A stretch of 63,399 nucleotides of DNA, filler included, from Octopus bimaculoides (Eukaryota), in the NCBI RefSeq assembly GCF_001194135.2. It is 7 parts of 7 records of this genome, joined end to end, with 100 filler letters (N's around TTAATTAATTAA, not from the genome) between each part and the next. Parts side by side here need not be neighbours in the genome. Positions count along the whole stretch, not along the records: positions 30,938 to 56,054 come from NC_068995.1; positions 56,155 to 58,244 come from NC_068991.1; positions 58,345 to 61,389 come from NC_068997.1; positions 61,490 to 63,399 come from NW_026387893.1; 3 more parts are not named here. The stretch is one strand, 5' to 3'. A program made the translations under genes and the position numbers. Below, piece after piece: positions 54,040-63,399 of the stretch (positions are counted from its first letter, which is position 1; every line of letters begins with the position of its first letter). Below the pieces are notes generated by a model that was not told where the DNA came from, did not search any database, and was given only the letters and a program-made list of their open reading frames with translations.

Positions 54040-54420
54040 CTTACGTCCGGTTTAATGTTGAAGAATCGGAGATGAAACATTGCACAGCTGTTGATTACAG
54101 TTATGTTTGTAAAATATGTGCAGAGGACCTGATCCGCAATATAGTTCATATAGGCGATCCGGGGAAAGTTTTGAGATAGACAAAACAGTCTTCTCAAGAC
54201 GTAAATACAACCAAGGAAGGGTGTTTGTTACCTGAGCAATGGGTATTTCGGAGGTATGTGTCGCGAGATCAGATATGCTTTTCTTTATGCTGTGTGATAT
54301 CGGAATTGCGACTCGCTAGAGGAATGCATACGTCAGTCCTTTCTTCCAGGAACTATAATTTTCAGTGACTTGTCGAAGGCTTACTCACACGTTCCTGAAA
54401 TTGATGGTTATAATTTTTGT
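54040..54420 (+). mobile_element. Merlin (IS1595/ISXO2-like) DDE transposase remnant
   Basis: Frameshifted translation IGDPGKV/EIDKTVFSRRKYNQGRV/PEQWV/FGGMCRE...LPGTIIFSDLSKAY matches the Merlin/IS1595 pattern (E-I-D-E, RKYNRG, WVFGG, PGT-x-I-x-SD-x-x-x-AY). Confidence 0.8.
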
Positions 54421-54859
54421 TTCTGAATTTTCACTACAAAATATGTATTGTTTACATGAACTGAAATCGGTTTTTTGGGTAATTTAACGTATAGATTATA
54501 CTGTTTTTCACACAAAGAAAATTAATTGAAGATTTTTCCTTTTTATATTGTTTACATGCGTGTTCCGACATTGCACATGACTTTATTCATTAAAACTTAT
54601 TATAACTTCAAAACTTCTTACAAGTTCGTCGTCGTAATCGTGTGAAAGACAGCTCTCACGCACAAAATGCCAGCTTCTAAATCCTGTTTTCTGATTAGGT
54701 AAAAGTTATCCAGCTTTAAACCGCTGTAGAATTTTTCTAAAATTTCTATGGAACAAGTGAATAACAAAATCAAATTCAGCGTGAAGAATTACATCTATAT
54801 CACAAGTTTGAAAATTTTCGCTTAATTTTAAAATGTCAAAAACTGTGACAACAAAACGC

Positions 54860-55065
54860 ATCCTGGTGAAATTAATGTGCAAGTGGTTGAGAATGCCACA
54901 GACAAATGTACCCTTAACGTAGTTCTCAAGGAGATTCAGCATGACACAGAATGTGTCAAAGCTGACCCTTTGAAATACAGGTACTAGTCATTCTTATCAA
55001 CTGAGTGGACTGGAGTGATATGAAATAAATTGCCTTGCTCAAGGACAATGTGTTACCGGGAATCT
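54860..55065 (-). mobile_element. SINE family C fragment
   Basis: Reverse complement of about 12810-12930. Confidence 0.75.
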
Positions 55066-56012
55066 ATTTGTAAGAAACAAATTAGAGCAACGGCAAAAGC
55101 ATAAGAATAATAAACAACATAACCATCAACAACAGCTGAAACATCTCGCATTGGAAAGTACTAGAATATGTTTCTAAAAGAAACGATGGTTTGTTGGCAA
55201 GGGCTCCACGTAATGTGTGGAGAATAAGTAGAAACCAACAGCGTCCACCACAACTTGAACTATTGGAATATAGTCGGAAATCACGGAAAACATGAAGTGA
55301 ACTGATATTAGCTCAATTTAGAATGAAACCTACATGATTTGTGGGATTGTTAGCAGACTACTACTACTACTACACGTTGGTCTCCAGTTTTCTATTCAAA
55401 TTCTCTCCTACAATTCAAATTGTAGGAGAGAAAACGCAGACACACAGACACAGACACATCACTCATAAATTCTAACTGAGAATATTAGAGATTTTGTGCA
55501 TAATTGTATTTCCTAGGCGTATGAGTGTATACCTGTGTATGCGTGCGTGTGTTTATGAGAACCAGTAGTTCATAGATGAATGCGATGGGGTAACAAAAGA
55601 AAGGTCATAATTCAGTCTTCTATAAAATATTAATGTGCTTCCAGCAAAGCACATTTCTTATCTCTCTTGATCCACAATAGGTGAAAACGCTGTATTCATA
55701 TGTGTTGCCTGAATAGCTATGGTTAGGTATGATTTTTAGCTGCGTATGTTTAAAAAAAAATTGTTTCAATAATATTTATGTAGATAGCCAAATAGAAGTT
55801 ATCTGTGACTAGCATTTACAACAATACTAATGAGTTACATTTCCAGCAGTCTATATGATGGTGATGTAAAACAGAGAAAGTATATGATAATAGTGTGCAG
55901 TGAAAGTTTTGTTGAAGATTTCCGCAAGCTTTACATGCAGAGATATACATTTATTCTTGAAGTGAGAGAGTGTGAAAGAATATTGTCATATATTGTAATT
56001 CTTTTTTTGCAC

Positions 56013-56054
<42 letters not shown>

Positions 56055-56154
56055 NNNNNNNNNNNNNNNNNNNNNNNNNNNNNNNNNNNNNNNNNNNNTT
56101 AATTAATTAANNNNNNNNNNNNNNNNNNNNNNNNNNNNNNNNNNNNNNNNNNNN

Positions 56155-56199
<45 letters not shown>

Positions 56200-56439
56200 A
56201 CACACACGCACACACACACATACTCACACACATATATATATATATAGAGTGAAGTGAGTCAGCCTGTCTAGACCGGAAGCTAAGGGGCGGGGTGAGGCTG
56301 GGTACACCACGTTGCCTGTTGTCTGAACAGGTTGGTGATATATAACTTCCGATATAGACAAGCTTTAATGATTAATATAATTAGGGCAGTGGGACACGGC
56401 CTGCTAGGTGGACCGTAGGGAGCTGTAGAAAGGTCTACT

Positions 56440-56616
56440 CATGCATGCATACATGTATGTATGAAGGTATGTATGTATGTATGTATGTATGTATGTATGC
56501 ATGGAGCTATGTATGCGTGTGTGCATGTATGTCTGTGTCTGCATGTATGTATGTATGTATGTATGGATGGATGCAGGTATGTATATATATGTATAAAGGT
56601 ATGTCTGTGTGTATGC

Positions 56617-56649
<33 letters not shown>

Positions 56650-57068
56650 TGTNNNNNNNNNNGTGTGTGTGTATGTATGTATGAATGCATGTATGCAGAT
56701 GTATGTATTTATGCATCAGCATGTATGTATATATGTGTTAGTATGCAAATATGACTGTCTATGCGTGCACATATGTATGTGAGTATACATGAATGTATGT
56801 ATTTGGAGTAATACGTACATATGTAAGTGCGTATATACATATATGTTTGTAGAGACAAACATACATGTATACACGCACATATATGCAAGCATATATGTAC
56901 GTACGTACGTCTGAATGTATGTATGTACATATGTACGTCTGTGTGTATGTATGTATGTAGGTACGTACGTCTGTCTGTATGTATGTATGCAGATGTTTGC
57001 ATAAATATACGTATATATGCATGTCTATGTATACATATATATTTGTCTGTGTGTATGCATGTATGCAT
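56440..57068. repeat. Degenerate (TATG)n/(TG)n tract
   Basis: Direct inspection. Similar simple repeats occur throughout, e.g. (TG)n 8-67, (GATA)n 13843-13923, (GAT)n 17296-17348 and (CTA)n(TAA)n 44430-44520. Confidence 0.9.
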
Positions 57069-57509
57069 GAGCGCCCTTGAGTTCTTCTCCGAAGTAAGTG
57101 TCTGATTCTAAAGCTCCATTGCAAGAATTTGTGAAACAAAAACGGTAAAAGTTACACCCGTTGAGCTTTAGAAAAGCTTTGCGCATAATCGATAGTGGGA
57201 GGAGGGGTTAAGCCTCCCAACCCTTTACTGGGCCTTCGAAATTGGCGAGAGCCCGAAAACGTGCAACAGAATGTATTCCACGGGCTCAGACAGTGATATT
57301 AAATCAGGTCTAGGTGACTGATTATTTCTATGACTCACGTAGGCCATGGTAAAATTTGAACTCGGAATGCAAAAAGCTGGACCAAATATTGCAAGGCATG
57401 CGGTCCAGCATTCGTACTGTCCCTCCAGTGCGTTAGCAAACTGCGTACTAGCTGGTCATTTTCTTTACCTGAAAATCCTAGCTTTTCGGGATTGCCACTT
57501 TGGCATTTA

Positions 57510-57736
57510 CTAATATATTTGGTTTCAAATTTTGGCACAAGGCCCAATAATTTCGGGGGAGGGGCTGAATCAATCACTTAGACCTTAGTGGTCAACTGGT
57601 ACTTATTTTAACGACCCCGAAAGGGATGAAGGACAAAGTCGACCTCGACGGAATTTGGACTCAGAACGTAAAGATGGTCGAAATTCCGCTAAGCATTTTG
57701 CCCAGCGTGCCAACGATTTTGCTAGCTCACCACCTT
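57510..57736 (-). mobile_element. SINE family A
   Basis: Reverse-complement head and core as at 29051-29280. Confidence 0.88.
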
Positions 57737-58067
57737 ATTAACAATTAAATATTCAATCAGAAAATAATGGGAACAAGAGCACTCAGAGAGCGCAAACCTC
57801 AGCCAAGACAACCATATTTTTTTTCCCGTCCACAAGTGTGAAAGTGAACAACTCGGTGTAAACAGTGGGAGCACTGCTAATTTGACGATGAACTAATTGG
57901 CGTGTGCAGTGTTTACATTTAAAGAAGAATCATACGCACGAAGTGTGTCTATATATGTATGTATGTATGTATGTATGCATGTATGCATGTATGTATGTAT
58001 GCGTGTATGTATGTATGTATGTACGTATGTATTTGTGTATGCATGTGTATGTATGTATGCGTGTTTG

Positions 58068-58114
<47 letters not shown>

Positions 58115-58344
58115 GAAGAAGTAATCGTCTGTGATAGACGGCCTTTCTATCCAGGTGCAGTGTGTTGCGGTAAGAAGCTTTACGTTTCATTTATTAATCT
58201 TCACTTCTCAAGAAAAAAGATAGCTACCTGGTGTGCACGGGTGTNNNNNNNNNNNNNNNNNNNNNNNNNNNNNNNNNNNNNNNNNNNNTTAATTAATTAA
58301 NNNNNNNNNNNNNNNNNNNNNNNNNNNNNNNNNNNNNNNNNNNN

Positions 58345-58377
<33 letters not shown>

Positions 58378-58382
58378 GAAAA

Positions 58383-58600
58383 AAAGTTAGCGAGTTGGTA
58401 GAATCGTTAGCACGCCGGACAAAATGCTTAGCAGTATTTCACCCATCGCTACTTTCTGAGTTCAAATACCGCCGAGGTCGGCTTTGCCTTTCATCCTCTC
58501 GGCGTTGATAAATTAAGTACCAGTGAAACACTGGTGTCGATGTGAGCGACTAGCCCCCTCCACCAATTTCAGGCCTTGCGCCTTTAATACAAAGGATTAA
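58383..58600 (+). mobile_element. SINE family A
   Basis: gcgagttggtagaatcgttagcacgccgg...ctgagttcaaataccgccgaggtcggctttgcc. Confidence 0.88.
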
Positions 58601-59531
58601 CTATACAAAAAAAAAGTTTATATACAAATAACTTGAAGACAATTCCTCAGCAACATCTTTTCTGTTTCCTAAGTAGAAATGGTTGTCAAGAAGGAAATGT
58701 TACTTGTTTAAATCTATCTTCTTAATGAAGAATAATCATTATATGAACTTCGTATCGATTAATCAATATCAGATGACCCAGATATAATTTACTAATTTAT
58801 TTATTTATATTTATATTAAAAGGTATTGGCATATCGACGTACAATCCACTTAGCATGGCATAAGAGGCTTAAATGACACACTATCACACACGCGCACATC
58901 ACAGAATCGACCTGACAATTGAAAGTTGTTATGCATCGCTGGTCACAATGCGCTTCGAAGTCTTTTAGCTTTCGAATGACGACACTCTGATTGAGTAGTA
59001 GTTCCGCCACAGAGTTACTCATTTACAGTTGAATGAACTAGAATAACGTGAAATGTAATGTTTTGCTGGAAGGAGACAATGCGCTGCTAGGTCTGGGAAT
59101 CGAACCTATTATCTAACCATCCTGTGTGCAAGCACCCTAACCACGACTCCACATACCTTCACACACACAGATTCAAGGGTCCTTCATTGAAATTTGACCA
59201 TCAACAACAGGGAATTTTTATATATTTGTATGTATGTATGTTTTGTTGTATGTATGTATTCCCAGGCATATAGTTGCATATCTGGACATGTTCATATATA
59301 TGTAAATGATAAACTCTTGGAATGTTTTACAGATTCTTACAGTTCCATTGATGGAATGGATCTGTGCATGCATGCATGTATGTATGTATGTATGTATGTA
59401 TGTATGTATGTATGTATGTATGTATGCATGTGTGTGTGCATGTATGTATGTGTGTATGTATGTATGTATGTATGTACCATACACAAGTCAAGAATACCGA
59501 CAGTTTTAACAAAATAATGGAAGAAACGGGT

Positions 59532-59690
59532 GATGCCAGGATCGGCTGAAACGTTCATAGGCTGAAACGTTCATAGGCTGATCAGTTTAATTTCATGGAA
59601 TGTAACCAAATGGGTTTTATCTTTCAACACGGGCTCCCTTGAGGACCACACACTTCTTTAATTGGTGTTGCAATACGTGGATCCCCGGAG
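59532..59690 (-). mobile_element. Mariner 3' end with TIR (inverted copy)
   Basis: Reverse complement encodes KKCVVLKG..VE and ends in a TIR-like sequence (plus strand ggatcggctgaaacgttcataggctga). A 16-bp tandem duplication lies inside the TIR. Confidence 0.65.
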
Positions 59691-59717
59691 GGGACCTTCC
59701 TTCTTTACTCTTAGTAG

Positions 59718-60160
59718 TATATTTCTTTCTACTCTAGGCACAAGTCCCGAAATTCTTTTTGAGAAGGGGATCAGTCTATTAGATCGACTCCAGTACGCAA
59801 CTGGTACTTAATTTATCGACCTCGAAAGCATGAAAGCCAAAGTCGCCCTCGGCGGAATTTGAACTCAGAACGTAAAGACAGACGAAATACCGCTGAGTAT
59901 TTCGTACTGAGTGCTAACGTTTCTGCCAGCTCGCTGCCTTTATAATAATCCTTTATATTATAGGCACAAGGCCTGGAATTTTGGGAGAGGGGACAAGACG
60001 ATTTCGTCGACTCCAGCGTTTAACTGGTACTTAATTTATCGACCTCGAAAGGCTGAATGTCAAAGTCGACCTCGGTGGAATTTGAACTCAACGCAGCAAT
60101 GGGCGAAATATCACTAAGCATTTTGTCCAGTGTACTAAGGATTCTGCCAGCTTGCTGCTT
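59718..60160 (-). mobile_element. Two tandem SINE family A copies
   Basis: Copies at about 59718-59940 and 59955-60160. Confidence 0.88.
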
Positions 60161-60399
60161 CATTTACCCTTAATAAGACAGTGGTCGCAAAGTTCGCACA
60201 AAACCTTCGAAAGCAGGTTTGAACTCAATTAGAACAAAATTGAAGGAGTTGAAAAGCGAAAGACAAATATGAGAGATCCTTGTTCTCTTTTAGCGTTACT
60301 TCTACGCATGTCTTAAAGCTGTTTTATGGCCGAAAGCCTTCGATATGTATGTTTATAACAAATAAATATCGACTTTCATTTTTTACGTGTTGTGCGTGA

Positions 60400-60707
60400 C
60401 TGACTTTGAACTGGTTGATCACCCTCCCTATTTTAGTGATTTGGCCCCATCTGATTATCATCTGTTTCCCAACAGGAAGAACACGTGGCTAGGAAGCAGT
60501 ATCACAGCGATGAAGACGTCATATCTGCTGTTGATGACTTTTTAGATCAACAGGATGGCTTCTTCACCAATGCCATCCAAATAGTGCAACACTGATGGAA
60601 GAAGTGTGTGGACCGTAAAGGGGACGTTTTTTAAAGAAGGAGCTTCGTTTAGTTACACCCTATAAAAGTATCTTAGTCACCTTATGAACTTTTCAGTCGA
60701 CGCTTAT
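60400..60707 (+). mobile_element. Mariner transposase C-terminal remnant with TIR
   Basis: FELVDHPPYFSDLAPSDYHLFP...WKKCVDRKGD contains a YSPDLAP(S/x)D-type motif, followed by ttatgaacttttcagtcgac. Confidence 0.88.
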
Positions 60708-62144
60708 AATAATAATAATAATATTTTTTTATTATATCTGTGTTTGTTTTGATATTAAGATTGAAAACGTTTACTCTGTTCGTAAAAAAATTTTGGACCT
60801 GGGATTGCATTTGGCCACTGTACCACTGAGCAACAACAGAAATACTTGAAAGACCAACTCCCGAAAGCATTAGAATTTTTGATCTCAGATTTTGATTAAA
60901 CAAATATGGAAATTGAAAGTCTCGGCATTCATATATTTCAAAATATTTGGTGTTGTCATTTAACATAACGCACAGAGAAATCAGGCCGACATTCAACAGT
61001 TTTGAACAATCTAGACCAAGTTCTTAGTTTCTTACTGGAAGTAGAATAATGATCCGAAACAAAAGATTAATAGATAACTCATCAACATTCATCACATAAA
61101 ATATTTGATATCCAACGACCATATGTTCACCACAAATGAGAGGTTAGTTTAGGAATATTGATTGTTAGGTATTATGTATAAAGGCAGTTTTAAATGTTTC
61201 TATCACGATTCCTCCTCAGAAAGAGAGCTTGCTACGTGCCCTTGTGGACTATGATCCTATAAAACGGCAGGAAATCTATAATCACACTAAAAGCAGAATA
61301 GAAAATAAGATTAGATTAAGAACTATTAAAATCTAAACCTAAGACAAAAGCAAAACGCACTTACAAATGACAAATACGACGATTATAGTNNNNNNNNNNN
61401 NNNNNNNNNNNNNNNNNNNNNNNNNNNNNNNNNTTAATTAATTAANNNNNNNNNNNNNNNNNNNNNNNNNNNNNNNNNNNNNNNNNNNNAAATGAAACAA
61501 AATGTAAAATAAATGAAAAAAATGAAATAAAGAGAAAAAGAAAAACCAAAAATCAAAAAACAAAATTTTTTTTTTAATCTATAACACTATAAACCAGAAT
61601 GAGGAGCAATCAAGTTTTGACCCAAAGTCGTTAGTAATTAATTATATGTGTGGAAGAAGAAGTGACATAATCAGAAATTGATCATGGGTTGATATTGGAA
61701 ACAGATCAAGAACGATATTGGAATTATAGAATGAGAAGAAAAAGAACAGAACTGAGCAAGAATGTTTATTGAATGGTTGTTAGTAATATAGCACAAGGAT
61801 GATGATCAGAAGTAAAAGAAAGGGGGGAAAATAGTTGGTTAAAATTGAACAGATTGATGACCAGAATAATAAAAACATGAACGAAAGCTGGTAGAGGAAT
61901 AATAACTAATATCAGAATAACATAACAACAAAGAACAAGGACAATAGACAGTTTGAGAATAAGATAAATGACCTGATCCTAGAATAAGGACAACAGCTTG
62001 TATAAGAATGATAACAAACAAAAATGAGGATGATAATTATTTGAGCAACAAGAAAGCTACCCATACAGTAANNNNNNNNNNGAACAGCAATCAGTTATTG
62101 TAATAAGATAGATTACTACAGTAACAAGAAGAAAGTTTTCAACA

Positions 62145-62675
62145 TTAACCCTTTAGAATTTAAACCAGCCATATCCAGCCCCAAAATTCTACCTCTTTAT
62201 GTTCATACTGGCTAAATCCAGCTGCTCAGAACTAACCTATAATGTCGTTCCAAAAACAAGCAATCTCAGCAATGAAATCTTGAAGCTACAACATAATACA
62301 AGATTAATTCAAAACAATGTAAATGAATAAGCATTATATGCATTAGATTAATCAGCGTAATTTGAATGCTAAAGGGTTATACTGGTCATTTCTGGCCCAA
62401 ATATTCTACCTGTTTTAGGTTCATACTGGCTAGATCCAGCCTCTCATACCTAACCTACAATGTCATCCTAGAAATAAACAGTCATATCATTNNNNNNNNN
62501 NCTCATACCTAACCTACAATGTCATCCTAGAAATAAACAGTCATATCATTGAAACCCTGAAGCTCTGAGATTAATTAAAAACAATGTGAATGAACAAGTG
62601 TTACATTTGACAGGGTAATCTGAATGCTAAAGGCTTATACTGGCCATATCCAGCCCAGATATTCTCCCTATTTCA
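62145..62675. mobile_element. TTAA-CCC-type (piggyBac-like) MITE followed by tandem partial copies
   Basis: 62145 ttaaccctttagaatttaaa versus 62361-62379 tttgaatgctaaagggtta. A second unit ends at about 62637 and a third starts at 62638. Confidence 0.7.
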
Positions 62676-63399
62676 AAATACATGTGATGTATAGCCTGTG
62701 GTTCAGCACAAGAGCAATAACGTACTAACGTACAGGCTTTGCTGTGTTGAACAACAATTGTAGAGATGGCTGGAATGTGTCTTTAAATCTCCTCTTTGGT
62801 CTTGGAGCTTCTAAACAGTAAAAATTGCAAGAACAATAGCCAATCCCAGGACAGGAAGGGTCACCACTAACACAAGACTGACATTGAAACACAAGAAGGG
62901 TAATTATTAGCAAAGGAATAAAAAAAATAATAATTGGTATAAAAGCAGGAATGGTCAAGAGTGCAATAACAAGCACAATAATCAGGAACATCCCTCAAAA
63001 ATGACAAAAGGGACCAGACCAAGGACAGCAATTAATAACAAAACAGGAATATCAAGGGTAATTACTAAATGAACAAGAATGATAATGAGGACCATTGTGG
63101 ATAATCAGCATATATACCGATTTGTGAGATAATATGGTATCTGCCAGGATAATTTATCCCTTTTATATTTTCTCTCTCNNNNNNNNNNATATATATATAT
63201 ACATATATATTTTCACATTTTGCTTAAGTATAATGATACTAATCACCTGATGTTAGAACTCAATATACATTATGCTTCAGAGTGAAGCATTAGTTGAGTT
63301 AAGAGTGGTAATAAGGAATTAGAATGATGAAGGAATAAACACCTATGAGGATATTCCATCTCATAGCAGAAACAGCTGTAAGCTAATGATGTTCATAAC

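Noticed and set aside
60682-60996. 104-aa minus-strand ORF containing LNDNTKYF
   Set aside because: It has no other cadherin motifs, lacks good splice sites, and runs into the mariner end.
62442-62550. Tandem duplications flanking 10-N gaps (also 42583-42716)
   Set aside because: Identical sequence on both sides of a minimal gap indicates unmerged contig overlap.

Overview
AT-rich, microsatellite-dense eukaryotic DNA from a gappy draft assembly. It is most likely a coleoid cephalopod (Octopus-like); this is inferred from the SINE/RTE repertoire and the TTAGGG repeats, not from a database search. The only host gene I can support is a multi-exon cadherin-repeat gene on the minus strand. Two exons are recognisable (46493-46666 and 39795-40047), and they join in frame only through a non-canonical GC-AG intron. 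The rest is mostly transposon debris: RTE, R4/Dong-like and Tx1/L1-like non-LTR retrotransposons, a Penelope-like GIY-YIG remnant, Tc1/mariner and Merlin transposase remnants, several MITEs, and at least three tRNA-derived SINE families, often chained through (ATT)n tracts. The most unusual structure is a fold-back head-to-head (TTAGGG)n/(CCCTAA)n cassette with unique inverted arms (10226-10563). It appears nested in a hAT-like element that splits a SINE. Most long ORFs in the supplied track are artefacts of N gaps and microsatellites. Repeat boundaries are read by eye and approximate unless stated as exact. No prokaryote-type system (CRISPR, operon) is present.
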